Shown: positions 43,314 to 53,969, counted from the first letter of the stretch. The stretch is DNA of 64,000 nt from Candidatus Hydrogenedentota bacterium (GCA_016209895.1 JACQVH010000261.1:12943-76942), one strand, 5' to 3'. Made by a program: numbers and translations. Notes: generated by a model from the sequence alone, not told the origin.

Positions 43314-43753
43314 ACGTCGTCGGGGATGAAGCGTGCCGCGCGGAGGACCAGCAGAAGCTGTTCATCCAAGGTGCCGATGGCGGCCACGGCGGCCGCGTTA
43401 GCTTTCTGAAGGAGGGCCGGCAATTCTTGGAGCGAGGATGGCGCCAGAGTCCGCACGCCCAGAACGGACTGCACGGCCAGCGCTACGCGTCGCGCGCCCG
43501 TTTTTAGGACAACCAGTCGGGTAGACGGCTCGCCGTTCTCCGATGCCAATAGCGTAGCGGCTTCCACTACCGGGACCGGAGAACCTCTAATGACCGAGAT
43601 GCCACGGACGAATGGGGGCATGGACGCGAGGGGCTCGACCGCCAAAGGGCGCAAGGTCTCTTGCACGTGCTCAATCGGAATCGCCCACAGGTGTTCGCAA
43701 ACTCGGCACACGAGATAACCCCCGCCCCAATCCGAGCTTTCGTGGGGTGCCAT
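43277..43753 (-). CDS. cheW: CheW coupling protein.
   Basis: 158 aa. ...YLVCRVCEHLWAIPIEHVQETLRPLAVEPLASMPPFVRGISVIRGSPVPVVEAATLL... is a canonical CheW domain. Confidence 0.85.
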   Translation of the reverse strand: MAPHESSDWGGGYLVCRVCEHLWAIPIEHVQETLRPLAVEPLASMPPFVRGISVIRGSPVPVVEAATLLASENGEPSTRLVVLKTGARRVALAVQSVLGVRTLAPSSLQELPALLQKANAAAVAAIGTLDEQLLLVLRAARFIPDDVWESCSAMDAAP

Positions 43754-44348
43754 GCGTATAGCCCTTTCGGCAAGGGTGCGTTGCGCGCCAACTTCCGCGC
43801 GTGCGAAGTCATACTACAGTCTAGGTACGCGCCAGAGTGTATTCCACGCCGTTCCAATCAGTAACACGTTCCAAGCGGGACTGAACGGACAACTGGTCCA
43901 AGCTTCCTGAACTCTGCCAAAACTCAGCGTGTTTACTATTGTAAATCCGGTTCTTCACGCAGATCAAGCAAAATTTTCTGGTTTAGCGAGTTTCTGGACC
44001 GCTATTTTCGTGTTCCATTGTGGTACGCGCGGCGAGACCTCCGGCCCGCCATGAGGTCAGTCCCGAGTTTACCGGTTTTTCACGGCATTCCGAGAATGAG
44101 CGGACCCCTTCTGTGGCGTCGCGCCGCTACACATGCTGTGCGCCTCGTTATGGATAACGAAAGGTAGTGATGATAATACGTACAAGGCTGAGTACAATCT
44201 GGGGACTAAGACTACCAACGCGGCCGCCGGCAAATCATCAACTGAGGTACACAGACTTGAAAGTCCAACAGTACACGGGGTCGAGTTCGCGTTCGTCGCA
44301 TCCACGGTTACGCTTTTCTTCGCCCAAGTCGGTGCCGGGGGTCAGGTA

Positions 44349-46382
44349 ATGCGCTTGGTACGAAGCCTCTCCCGTGCCGGTCTGAAATTCTGCCTGGTCC
44401 TGATCGCTCTTCTCGCCGCCACACAGATCATTGCGCGACTCAGTTGGTCCTTGCCCGAGTCCGGACCCTTCCCGGCGGGCGCGCTTCCGCTGTCGGCGCG
44501 GGTGCCCTGGCAATCGCCGCAGGTCTCGGCGGTGCACTGCGTAACGGAGTGGGCGGTGGAACGTGGTCGCCGATTCCGCCAAGCCCCCATGCTGGAAGCC
44601 CGGGTCCAGTCCCGCGAGTTGCCCGCAGTCGAAGACCGCGTGCCGGAGAATCCGCTGGTCATCATTCCGCCGGAACAATGCGGTCCCTATGGGGGCACAT
44701 GGGAACGGCTGGCCACCAGTCCCGGGGACATACCCAACGGTATCGTGGGCCGGGTGTGTTACGAGGGGCTTACGCGATATGGACCGATGGGCGATGAGAT
44801 TCTTCCCAACGTGGCCGAGCGATGGGCCGTTGAAGACGATGGCCGCTCGTTCACCTTCTGGCTTCGGCGCGGCATGCACTGGAGCGATGGCGCGCCTTTC
44901 ACCGTGGACGACATCCTATTCTGGTACGAGGACGTGTTGCAGAATTCGGAGTTGACGCCGACACTGCCCAACTACTTGGTACGAGGCGGCGAACTCATGA
45001 AGGTCGAGAAGGTGGACGACTTCACCGTTCGCTTTCGATTCAAGGAACCTTACGGCATTTTCCTCAAGCTCATTGCGGGACGCTACGGCGACTACATGAT
45101 CCAGTATTCGGCCCGCTACATGCGCCAGTTCCATCCCAGATATACGCCCCTCGCCGAACTGGAGAAGCAGGCGAAACAGAAGCGGTTCGATTTCTGGTAT
45201 CAGCTTTTCGCGAACCGACACGATTGGACCAACCCCGACGCGCCCCGGTTGACAGCGTGGGTCCTCAAACGCCCGCCGCCGGCGGCCCCAATCGTCTTCG
45301 AGCGGAATCCCTACTACTGGAAAGTTGATTCGGAAGGCAATCAGCTTCCCTATATTGATCGCGTCTCCGTGGGCATTTTTGACTTGGAAACGCTCAATCT
45401 AAAGGCCTCGAACGGCGAAGTGGGCATGCAAGGTCGAAACATTGCGTTCAGCAGCTATCCCCTCTTCATGGAGAATCGTGAGCGGGGCGGTTTTCGCGTG
45501 CTAAATTGGCTCGATGGCGGCGATGCGATGAACGCCCTGTGTCTTAACCTCAATCACAAAGACCCGGTGGTGCGCGGGCTCATGCAGGACTTTCGATTCC
45601 GCGTCGCCTTGTCACTGGCCATCAACCGCGACGAACTGAACCAAGTTTGCTATTTCGGCCTGGGACAGCCGCGCCAAGCCTGTCCTTCACCTTCGTCCGC
45701 ATATTATTCAGCGGAGTATGAAAAGGCGTACATCGAATACGATCCGGGCGAAGCGAACCGTCTGCTCGACGAGGTCGGCCTCGAACGGCGCGATTCGCAT
45801 GACTTTCGGCTCCGTCCCGACGGACAACCCCTGCGCCTGACCATCGAAACGTCGTCGGCCATGGTCTACCCGCAGCTCATTCAACTGGTTGCAGATCACT
45901 GGACTGCCGTCGGCGTAAAGACCGAGATGCGCCTCTTGGCGCGCGACCTCTGGCAGCGCCGCGTGGACGCACTACTGCACGACGTAACCGTCTGGACCGG
46001 CGCGGGCGAATACATCCCCATTCTCGATCCCCGGTACTTTTTTCCGCACAACATCGGCTCGTACTATGCGTTGAATTACATGCGTTGGTACACGAGCGGC
46101 GGAAAACGCGGTGAGCAGCCGCTACCGGATATGCTTCGCTGTATTGATCTGTATCGTCAAATTGAAGCTACGCCGGACGATGCCGAGCAGGTTCGCCTGT
46201 TCAAACAAATTTTGGACATTGACCGGAAAAACCTATGGGTGATCGGCTTGGTGGGCGAACTTCCGGCGTTTCATATTGTGAAGAACACGTTCCGGAACGT
46301 CCCGGAGAACGCCGTCTTCACTTTCGTTTTTCGTTCGCCGTGCAATACGGCGCCCGAATGCTTCGCCATCGAGGAGAATTGA
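44349..46382 (+). CDS. ABC transporter substrate-binding protein, family 5 (oligopeptide/dipeptide/nickel type). Start at the internal ATG (MRLVRSLSRAGLKFCLVLIALLAA...).
   Basis: Signal peptide after the internal Met. A large SBP_bac_5-like body (...NPYYWKVDSEGNQLPYIDRV...). Followed by two permeases and two ATPases. Confidence 0.85.
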   Translation: MRLVRSLSRAGLKFCLVLIALLAATQIIARLSWSLPESGPFPAGALPLSARVPWQSPQVSAVHCVTEWAVERGRRFRQAPMLEARVQSRELPAVEDRVPENPLVIIPPEQCGPYGGTWERLATSPGDIPNGIVGRVCYEGLTRYGPMGDEILPNVAERWAVEDDGRSFTFWLRRGMHWSDGAPFTVDDILFWYEDVLQNSELTPTLPNYLVRGGELMKVEKVDDFTVRFRFKEPYGIFLKLIAGRYGDYMIQYSARYMRQFHPRYTPLAELEKQAKQKRFDFWYQLFANRHDWTNPDAPRLTAWVLKRPPPAAPIVFERNPYYWKVDSEGNQLPYIDRVSVGIFDLETLNLKASNGEVGMQGRNIAFSSYPLFMENRERGGFRVLNWLDGGDAMNALCLNLNHKDPVVRGLMQDFRFRVALSLAINRDELNQVCYFGLGQPRQACPSPSSAYYSAEYEKAYIEYDPGEANRLLDEVGLERRDSHDFRLRPDGQPLRLTIETSSAMVYPQLIQLVADHWTAVGVKTEMRLLARDLWQRRVDALLHDVTVWTGAGEYIPILDPRYFFPHNIGSYYALNYMRWYTSGGKRGEQPLPDMLRCIDLYRQIEATPDDAEQVRLFKQILDIDRKNLWVIGLVGELPAFHIVKNTFRNVPENAVFTFVFRSPCNTAPECFAIEEN

Positions 46383-46385
46383 GCA

Positions 46386-47381
46386 ATGCTCGGACTTATC
46401 CTCCGTAGGATTCTGTGGATGGCGCCAACGTTGCTCATCATCTCCATTCTATCCTTCATTATTATGCAGCTTCCGCCCGGCGACTACCTCACCTCCTACA
46501 TCGCGGCCCTGGAAGAGTCCGGCGAGCCGGTGCAATTGGAGCAGGTAGCGGCATTGCGCGCCCGGTACCATCTGGACGACCCCTACCACGTGCAATATCT
46601 GCGGTGGATGAGCGGACTGCTGAAGGGTGATTTGGGTATGTCCTTCGAATGGAACCGCCCGGTCATAGACCTTATCGGCGAACAGTTGCTGCTGACGGTG
46701 GTGCTCTCGCTTGTAACTCTATTGGTCACGTGGCTGGTGGCAATCCCAATCGGGATATTCTCGGCCGTCCGTCAGTACACCGTCTGGGATTATCTCTTTA
46801 CCTTCATCGGCTTCATCGGACTTGCGACCCCGGACTTCCTATTGGCCCTGATCCTCATGTTCGTCGGCTATCGCCTCTTCGGCGTCAGCGCCGGTGGACT
46901 GTTTTCTCCGGAGTACCAACTAGCCCCGTGGTCTCTGGCGAAAGTCGGGGACCTTTTCTCGCACTTGTGGATTCCGGTAGTAATCATTGGATTCGCGGGC
47001 ACCGCGAGCCTGATCCGGGTGATGCGCGCCAATCTTCTCGATGAACTCCGAAAACCCTACGTCGTGACCGCCCGCGCCAAAGGCGTCTCCCCCGTCAAGC
47101 TCCTGTTGAAGTATCCGGTGCGCGTGGCCATCAATCCCTTGGTCAGTACCGTCGGTTGGTTATTGCCCGCCATCGTCTCCGGTTCGGTGATTGTCGCCGT
47201 GGTCCTCGGGCTGCCGACCATCGGTCCCCTGTTTCTGCGCGCGTTGATGAGTCAGGACATGTACCTTGCCGGCAGCATGGTGATGCTGCTCAGTTTCCTC
47301 ACGGTGATCGGCACGCTGCTCTCTGATCTGCTCTTGCTCTGGCTCGACCCACGTATCCGTTATGAGCGCCAGGAACGATGA
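46386..47381 (+). CDS. ABC transporter permease (DppB/OppB-like).
   Basis: 331 aa, 6 TM. The EAA-like loop ...LRVMRANLLDELRKPYVVTARAKGVSPVKLLLKYPVRVAINPLVS is the BPD-transporter signature. Confidence 0.9.
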   Translation: MLGLILRRILWMAPTLLIISILSFIIMQLPPGDYLTSYIAALEESGEPVQLEQVAALRARYHLDDPYHVQYLRWMSGLLKGDLGMSFEWNRPVIDLIGEQLLLTVVLSLVTLLVTWLVAIPIGIFSAVRQYTVWDYLFTFIGFIGLATPDFLLALILMFVGYRLFGVSAGGLFSPEYQLAPWSLAKVGDLFSHLWIPVVIIGFAGTASLIRVMRANLLDELRKPYVVTARAKGVSPVKLLLKYPVRVAINPLVSTVGWLLPAIVSGSVIVAVVLGLPTIGPLFLRALMSQDMYLAGSMVMLLSFLTVIGTLLSDLLLLWLDPRIRYERQER

Positions 47382-48543
47382 GACCATGTTCAGACTAAAC
47401 AAGGCCGCGCCATCCACCGAGTTGGTACCGGAACCTGCGCAGTTCGGATTTGAACAGGCGGAACAATACTACGAGTCCTCTCAGTGGCGGCTGATTGCCC
47501 TGCGCTTTCGGAAACATCGCCTCGCGATATGGGCGGCGGCAGTCGTCATTCTTCTCTATCTCATCGCCGCGTTCTGCGAATTTCTCGCGCCTTCCACGCT
47601 CGCCGAGCGCAACACCAACTATGCCTTTGCGCCGCCGCAACCTTTGCGTTTCATCGGGCCCGACGGATTTCACTTGCGCCCATTTGTCTGCGCCTTGAAA
47701 GGCTATCGCGATCCGGAAACGCTCCGCGTCCGCTTCGTCGAAGACCGAGAGACGCGGTATTCGCTCCAGTTTTTCGTGCGCGGCCCGACGTACCGCTTCT
47801 GGGGCCTCATTGAGTCCAATCGTCACCTATTTGGCGTCGCCCAAGGCGGAACAGTCTATTTGTTGGGGGCCGACAGCCTCGGCCGAGACTTATTTTCCCG
47901 TATTCTTTACGGCTCGCGAATTTCACTGACGATCGGCTTGATTGGAGTCACCCTCAGCTTTGTCATCGCCCTGGTCATCGGCGTCATCTCCGGATACTAC
48001 GGCGGCGCGCTCGACCACGGCATCCAGCGGAGTATCGAGATTCTCCGTTCATTTCCGACGATCCCACTGTGGATGGCGCTGTCCGCGGCCCTGCCGGCGT
48101 CCTGGACGCCGCTCCAGGTGTATCTCGGGATCACGGTCGTCCTCTCGCTCATCGGCTGGACCGGCCTGGCGCGACAAGTGCGCGGTAAAATTCTTGCCCT
48201 GCGCGACGAAGATTTCGTCACGGCGGCGCTACTGGCCGGGGCCGGGCCGTGGCGCGTGATGGTCCGCCACCTGCTGCCATCGTTTACTAGCCATATTGTG
48301 GTATCGCTGACGCTTGCGCTCCCCGGCATGATCCTCGGCGAGACCGCGTTGAGCTTTCTCGGACTGGGGCTGCGCCCGCCTATCACGAGTTGGGGCGTAC
48401 TGCTTAAGGAAGCGCAGAACGTCCAAGCCATCGCCAGTTATCCGTGGGTACTTACGCCGGCGCTGGCCGTGATTGTGGCCGTGTTGTGTTTCAATTTCGT
48501 CGGGGATGGACTGCGCGACGCCGCGGACCCGTATGCCCAGTAA
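47362..48543 (+). CDS. ABC transporter permease (DppC/OppC-like).
   Basis: 393 aa with OppC_N-like N-terminus and ...DEDFVTAALLAGAGPWRVMVRHLLPS... signature. Confidence 0.9.
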   Translation: MSARNDETMFRLNKAAPSTELVPEPAQFGFEQAEQYYESSQWRLIALRFRKHRLAIWAAAVVILLYLIAAFCEFLAPSTLAERNTNYAFAPPQPLRFIGPDGFHLRPFVCALKGYRDPETLRVRFVEDRETRYSLQFFVRGPTYRFWGLIESNRHLFGVAQGGTVYLLGADSLGRDLFSRILYGSRISLTIGLIGVTLSFVIALVIGVISGYYGGALDHGIQRSIEILRSFPTIPLWMALSAALPASWTPLQVYLGITVVLSLIGWTGLARQVRGKILALRDEDFVTAALLAGAGPWRVMVRHLLPSFTSHIVVSLTLALPGMILGETALSFLGLGLRPPITSWGVLLKEAQNVQAIASYPWVLTPALAVIVAVLCFNFVGDGLRDAADPYAQ

Positions 48544-48564
48544 CTAATCGGCAGACCTTCGAAT

Positions 48565-49593
48565 ATGAGCGCAAACTCGGTTATCGAAAACGAACCCCTC
48601 CTGAACGTCCAGGAGCTGCACACCTATTTCTTCCTGGACAAAGGCGTCGTGCGCGCGGTCCAGGGCGTAAACCTGGTGATTCCGCGCGGGGGTACGCTGG
48701 GATTGGTAGGTGAGAGCGGCTGCGGCAAGAGCGTCATGGCGCTATCGGTCTTGCGGCTCATTTCACCTCCCGGCCGCATCGTCTCCGGCCGCGTCACGCT
48801 TCACCAAAACGGCCGCGCGCGGGTGCTTACCGACATGAGTGAGGACGGTCCTGACATCCGCCGCATCCGGGGCAAGGAAATCGCCATGGTGTTCCAGGAG
48901 CCGATGAGCTCGCTGAGCCCGGTGCACACCATCGGCTCGCAGATTACCGAGGCGATAACCTTGCATACCGAACTGCGGAATCGGGCCGCCCGCGACCAAG
49001 CTATGAGCATGCTCGCACGAGTCGGTATTCCCGATGCCCTCCGGCGGTTCCGTCAATTCCCTCACGAGTTGAGCGGCGGGATGCGCCAACGCGCCATGAT
49101 CGCCATGGCCCTGTCGTGCCGCCCCGCGTTGCTGATCGCCGATGAGCCGACTACCGCGCTCGACGTGACCATCCAGGCTCAGATTCTGGAGTTGATGCGC
49201 GAATTGCAACGCGAGTTTTCCATGACGATCCTGCTGATCACTCACGATCTGGGCGTAATCGCAGAAATGACCGACCAAGTCGCGGTCATGTATCTGGGAC
49301 GCGTCGTCGAACAAGCCTCCGCCAAGGTGATCTTCACGAACCCTTCGCATCCCTATACCCAGGCGCTACTGGATTCGATTCCCGCCGCGCAGACCGCGCG
49401 GAAGACCGCCCTTCGTACCATTGCCGGAACACTGCCGGACCCGTTCACCCACCTCGAAGGCTGTCCGTTTCATCCGCGATGTCCGGAGGCGGTGGCGGGG
49501 ACTTGTGACCGCGGGAATCCGCCGCCGCTCGAGGAAATCGCTCCGGCTCACCCCGTAGCTTGCAGTGTTCGCACCAGAGGAACTGGCTCGTGA
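48565..49593 (+). CDS. ABC transporter ATP-binding protein (OppD/DppD-like).
   Basis: Walker A GESGCGKS, signature LSGGMRQR, Walker [13 protein letters not shown], and a C-terminal oligopeptide-transporter extension ([12 protein letters not shown]). Confidence 0.92.
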   Translation: MSANSVIENEPLLNVQELHTYFFLDKGVVRAVQGVNLVIPRGGTLGLVGESGCGKSVMALSVLRLISPPGRIVSGRVTLHQNGRARVLTDMSEDGPDIRRIRGKEIAMVFQEPMSSLSPVHTIGSQITEAITLHTELRNRAARDQAMSMLARVGIPDALRRFRQFPHELSGGMRQRAMIAMALSCRPALLIADEPTTALDVTIQAQILELMRELQREFSMTILLITHDLGVIAEMTDQVAVMYLGRVVEQASAKVIFTNPSHPYTQALLDSIPAAQTARKTALRTIAGTLPDPFTHLEGCPFHPRCPEAVAGTCDRGNPPPLEEIAPAHPVACSVRTRGTGS

Positions 49594-50654
49594 CGAGCGG
49601 AAATGGCGTTCTACTTTCGGTTCGAAATCTCACCAAGTATTTCCCCATCGTGAAAGGGCTGATGGGGCGCGTTACTGGTTACGTCCGCGCCGTGGACGCG
49701 GTCAGTTTTGACCTGTATCAAGGCGAGTGCCTCGGTCTGGTTGGCGAAAGCGGTTCCGGCAAGACCACCGTCGCGCGAAGCATCCTGCGGGCTGTGCGGC
49801 CCACTTCCGGCGAATTGCTTTTCCATATAAATGGCCAGACGGTGGACGTCGCGCAGGCGTCGTCCTCCGAACTGAAGCGTCTCCGGCGTCACATGCAGAT
49901 GATCTTCCAGGACCCCTTCGGTTCGCTCAATCCGCGCATGACGGTATTCGAGATTATCGGCGAGCCGTTGCTCGTGAACGGTTTGCGCGATCGCAGGCAA
50001 CGCAAGGCCCGCGTCCGCGAACTGCTACGGCAGGTCGGGCTCAACGAAGAGTACCTGTACCGCTACCCACACGCCTTTAGCGGCGGGCAACGCCAGCGCA
50101 TCGGCATCGCGCGCGCCTTGGCCTTGCACCCCAAGCTGATTGTGGCCGATGAGCCGGTCTCCGCGCTTGATGTCTCGGTGCAAGCCCAAGTGCTCAACCT
50201 CTTGCTGCACCTGCAGCGGCAGTTCGGATTGACGTACCTCCTCATCGCCCACGACCTGGGCGTCATCCGCCACGTCTCCGACCGTGTCGCTGTGATGTAT
50301 GCCGGAAAACTGGTCGAGTTGGCGACCGTGGATGAGATATTCACCCGGCCCGCGCATCCCTATACCGAGGCCCTGTTATCGGCCATTCCGAAACCCGATC
50401 CCGAACGACGCACCAAACGAATCGTGCTCAAAGGCGAGGCCGCAGACCCCAGCCACTTGCCGACCGGTTGCGCTTTTCATCCGCGCTGTCCGTATGCGCA
50501 GCCGCTCTGCGCGGAACGCGAGCCGCTTTGGGAAGAGGTCCGGCCCGACCATTTCGCGCGCTGCCATTTCGCCCTTAACAATCCGGCCGGACCGCCACCG
50601 CCTCGTGCGGCGGAAACTTCGACTGATCATACGAAGAACGAACATGCGGAATAG
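49560..50654 (+). CDS. ABC transporter ATP-binding protein (OppF/DppF-like).
   Basis: Walker [30 protein letters not shown]-terminal [12 protein letters not shown]. Confidence 0.92.
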   Translation: MQCSHQRNWLVTSGNGVLLSVRNLTKYFPIVKGLMGRVTGYVRAVDAVSFDLYQGECLGLVGESGSGKTTVARSILRAVRPTSGELLFHINGQTVDVAQASSSELKRLRRHMQMIFQDPFGSLNPRMTVFEIIGEPLLVNGLRDRRQRKARVRELLRQVGLNEEYLYRYPHAFSGGQRQRIGIARALALHPKLIVADEPVSALDVSVQAQVLNLLLHLQRQFGLTYLLIAHDLGVIRHVSDRVAVMYAGKLVELATVDEIFTRPAHPYTEALLSAIPKPDPERRTKRIVLKGEAADPSHLPTGCAFHPRCPYAQPLCAEREPLWEEVRPDHFARCHFALNNPAGPPPPRAAETSTDHTKNEHAE

Positions 50655-50663
50655 GAGATTGAC

Positions 50664-53612
50664 ATGCTGCATCCACATTCTTTGGCATACTTGGCCGTCA
50701 TCGCGGGCGCGGTTATCGGAATGATACCGGACCGCGCGCTAGCGCAATCTCAAGAACTGGACCGTTGGGCCACCGACCTCCGCTCGGCGGACCGGTCTGT
50801 GCGCTACCGGGCCTCGATAGCGCTGTCGAAATTGGGGCCGGCCGCGGACCCGGTCTTGGCAGCGGCGCTAAAAGATTTGAACTGGGAAACGCGTATTTCG
50901 GCGGCAGCGGCGGTCCGCGATGCGAAGCGGGCCACGCCCGAAATTGGGGCCGCGCTCGCCGAGAACCTCCGCTACAGCGCGGACCGGGAATTAGGCTACC
51001 CGCCCCAGGAACCGTCGCTATACGGAGGGTCACCGTCGCTGCAGGTTCGCTGGACCGCCGTGGCCGCGCTCGGACACATTGGGACCGATGCCCTCGCAGC
51101 CGTTCCGGACTTGGTTGCCGCCCTCCAGGGCAAGTATGAATACGGATTGACCGGTCCCAAACCCGGCGACGCCTACGGCGCAAGACACTGGCGCGCCTAC
51201 GAAATGCGCGGCGCGGCGGCATGGGTGCTGCAGAAGCTCGGCCCGGCCGCAGCAGAGAAGTACCCGGAAACCATCCCCGCATTGGCGCAAGCCCTGAAGG
51301 ATCCGCAACGCATGGTGCGGTTGAACGCCGCCGCGGCCTTGCGGGTCATGGGTGACGCGACTGAGCGCGCCATTCCCGAACTGCTGCAGAGTCTCACGCA
51401 CGAAGACCAATATACCCGCATTTACGCCGCGCTGGCGTTTGCCGCCTTGGGGAAAAAGGGAGCAGCCTACGTCCCGGCATTGAGCGAGTGTCATAACAGC
51501 ATCCACCTCGACAATCTGTCGCGCCGGCATATCCGGGAAGCGATTCATGCGATCGCGGGCTCGCACCGCGATTTGTCGGACGAGGTCGTCACGCCGACCG
51601 CGAATCCTTGGCCCGCCCGGCGCGATTTCTTTCTGATTGTGCATCCGTTCGAGGATTCAGCGGTCACGCTTGATCCCGACAAGTTGCTCGAAGCTTTCCT
51701 CGCTGCGCGGCTCGGCAACGTCATCAGTTATTGGCCGGACCACGCCTGGTACAACACGCCGCCGCCCACCGCCGACCAACTTCGCTACTGGGACATGGGC
51801 GCGCTTTGGTACTTCTTCACGGAAGACATTTTCAATCCAAAACTTCAGCGGGACTGGGGCTTCGCCACGGTGGACGATTACAACCGCAGCATGGCGGAGT
51901 TGTTCCTCGAATCCGGGCGTGTCCTGGGCAAGGACCGCACGTTCTGGTCGGTCGGCCACGAGCAAATGGACAACGTCTCCGTGTGGAACGTCCAGCCCGA
52001 CGGCTCGAAGAAAGACCCCGAATTTGCGACCAAGCGGGACGGCTACGAGTTCTATCGTCAATGGAACACCACCAGTCTGCATAAGCGCCACTGGATGGAG
52101 TACGGCAATACGCGCCCCGGAAAGTTTTTCGACGGGTGGAATCCGGGAGCGCCCGCAACGTGGGAGTTCATCGAAGGCAAGAAGCTCGATACGAGCCCGC
52201 TCACCATGCTCAGCGGCGGCGTTTCGCCCGTCTTGGCCCATGCGACCTTCGACCTCCGGCCGCAGGTCGGCATGTACTGGTGGGAATGCCAGATAGACGG
52301 GGCGTCGCTCCAGGTGGGCGTGGCGTATACACGCGGCGCGTCCCGGCAGTACGGGCGCCAATGGCTGCTCGATGCGTCCCCGTGGAGTCCGGTGCTCGGC
52401 GCGGCCGGCGGCGGTTACCTCAATGGCAAATGGTCGGGCGGCGTCACCGACGAAACGCAGTTGCGCACGTGGCTCTACGGCTACCTCTCTGGCGCGCGGG
52501 CCGTACTCGAGGAATCGAGCGGCGGCTCGCATTTTCGCATGGACCCCTATCCCAACGGGCCGGCGGATAAACCGGTCATCACCTCGACCGGAAAGACCGC
52601 CCAGGAACTGGCCCGGTTCTGTTTCGAAAAGTGTCCCGACCGCGGCGATTCTTACGCCTCCGTCGCGCTGCTGCTCGAACATGAGCATGGCTTCGAACCG
52701 CGTCCACACACAAATTTCCGGGGCAAGGGTCCCTGGGGTTATATGCCGATGGACGAAGGCGAATACGAGATCGAGCAGTTCTGGTATGCCGCCTTTCCCG
52801 GTCATTCCGCACCGCCCGAGGCAAACCCCAATCCCGACGATCCGCGCGCCAAGGAACCGCTCCTCCTGACGGAAAGCGCGTTTGGCGACTGCTTCGACGT
52901 GCTCACCAACCGCGCGCCGCAGGAAGTGCTCGCGCAATACCCGCGGTTGATGACCCTCGGCGGAATTCTGATTGACGCAAAACTGTTGGCAAAGCTCCAG
53001 CAGTACACGGAAGCCGGAGGGGAGTTAGTCATAAATGCGGCCCACTTGACGAAGGAAGCCGAAGACACCGATTTCTTCGGTGTCAACTTCGGAGAACGGA
53101 CTAGGGATCACACTCCCGAAGACAATGTTGAAGTCCAAGTGCGCAACGTCACGCCGACTGCCGCGACCGTCGTCGTCAAGTCGCAGACCGGCCAGCCGCT
53201 GATTACGAAGCGCATTTGGGAAAAGGGCGCGGTGTATCTGAATACCATCCGGCACAATCTCAGCGGCCCAAACATCAACGCCGAATCGCGCTGGGTTTCC
53301 GCCGTCTCCGCGTTCCTGCGCGGCTGGATACGTCCAGTCTGGCCCATCGAAGTCACTACCGCGTCCGGCCACGCGCCGCAAGTCTGCCTCAACCGTCTCG
53401 CCGATGGTTGGCTGGTTACGCTCGGGAATCACCACGCCGGAGACTGGCGCGGCACGGTCACGTTGGAACCCGGATTCGCACCCGCCCCACTCGTAACCGA
53501 ACTATGGACCGACACCGCCATAAACGGTCACAACGATAACACCCGCCTCCAATTCGAGACCTCCGTCCCCGAATACAGCCTCCGCGTATATCGCATAGGG
53601 AGAGGCGCTTGA
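50664..53612 (+). CDS. Secreted 982-aa protein: N-terminal HEAT/PBS-lyase-like repeats plus a large Trp-rich C-terminal domain of unknown function.
   Basis: Signal peptide MLHPHSLAYLAVIAGAVIGMIPDRALA. Repeated DRSVRYRASIALSKLG..., NWETRISAAAAVRDA..., QRMVRLNAAAALRVMGDAT..., QYTRIYAALAFAALG HEAT-like units. The C-terminal ~650 aa have no family I can name. Confidence 0.7.
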   Translation: MLHPHSLAYLAVIAGAVIGMIPDRALAQSQELDRWATDLRSADRSVRYRASIALSKLGPAADPVLAAALKDLNWETRISAAAAVRDAKRATPEIGAALAENLRYSADRELGYPPQEPSLYGGSPSLQVRWTAVAALGHIGTDALAAVPDLVAALQGKYEYGLTGPKPGDAYGARHWRAYEMRGAAAWVLQKLGPAAAEKYPETIPALAQALKDPQRMVRLNAAAALRVMGDATERAIPELLQSLTHEDQYTRIYAALAFAALGKKGAAYVPALSECHNSIHLDNLSRRHIREAIHAIAGSHRDLSDEVVTPTANPWPARRDFFLIVHPFEDSAVTLDPDKLLEAFLAARLGNVISYWPDHAWYNTPPPTADQLRYWDMGALWYFFTEDIFNPKLQRDWGFATVDDYNRSMAELFLESGRVLGKDRTFWSVGHEQMDNVSVWNVQPDGSKKDPEFATKRDGYEFYRQWNTTSLHKRHWMEYGNTRPGKFFDGWNPGAPATWEFIEGKKLDTSPLTMLSGGVSPVLAHATFDLRPQVGMYWWECQIDGASLQVGVAYTRGASRQYGRQWLLDASPWSPVLGAAGGGYLNGKWSGGVTDETQLRTWLYGYLSGARAVLEESSGGSHFRMDPYPNGPADKPVITSTGKTAQELARFCFEKCPDRGDSYASVALLLEHEHGFEPRPHTNFRGKGPWGYMPMDEGEYEIEQFWYAAFPGHSAPPEANPNPDDPRAKEPLLLTESAFGDCFDVLTNRAPQEVLAQYPRLMTLGGILIDAKLLAKLQQYTEAGGELVINAAHLTKEAEDTDFFGVNFGERTRDHTPEDNVEVQVRNVTPTAATVVVKSQTGQPLITKRIWEKGAVYLNTIRHNLSGPNINAESRWVSAVSAFLRGWIRPVWPIEVTTASGHAPQVCLNRLADGWLVTLGNHHAGDWRGTVTLEPGFAPAPLVTELWTDTAINGHNDNTRLQFETSVPEYSLRVYRIGRGA

Positions 53613-53661
53613 GGCCGCTAACGAAAACTTCCTAAACGACGACTTGCATTTTATGTATCCT

Positions 53662-53969
53662 ATGAGATACAATTCGTCTGAGATCGAGATCCGCCAGACC
53701 GAGGCATACACCCGGTGGTTCCAAAGTTTGCGGGATCGGCAAGCGCGGGCGCGAATTAATGCCCGAATCCGTCGGCTTTCGCTTGGCAATCCGGGCGACG
53801 TGAGGCCTGTTGGCGAGGGCGTCTCGGAAATGCGAATTGACTACGGTCCAGGCTACCGTGTGTATTTCGTCCAACGGGACGTACACTGGTCATTTTGCTC
53901 GCCGGTGGTGACAAACGCACGCAAGAGCGCGACATCACAATGGCGGTAGACTTGGCGCGAGGACTATAG
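53662..53969 (+). pseudogene. Addiction-module killer protein (RelE/HigB-like, TIGR02683-type) with an apparent 1-nt deletion in a G-run near 53876-53879.
   Basis: Frame A gives MRYNSSEIEIRQTEAYTRWFQSLRDRQARARINARIRRLSLGNPGDVRPVGEGVSEMRIDYGPGYRVYFVQRDVHW... The +1 frame continues the family consensus (GRT)LVILLAGGDKRTQERDITMAVDLARGL*. Inserting one G (cggga to cgggga) restores ...YFVQRGRTLVILLAGGDKRTQ... Confidence 0.6.

Noticed and set aside
44069-44305. 78-aa minus-strand ORF in the leader of the ABC operon.
   Set aside because: No ribosome-binding site and no homology signal, and it sits in the AT-rich regulatory region. More likely non-coding.
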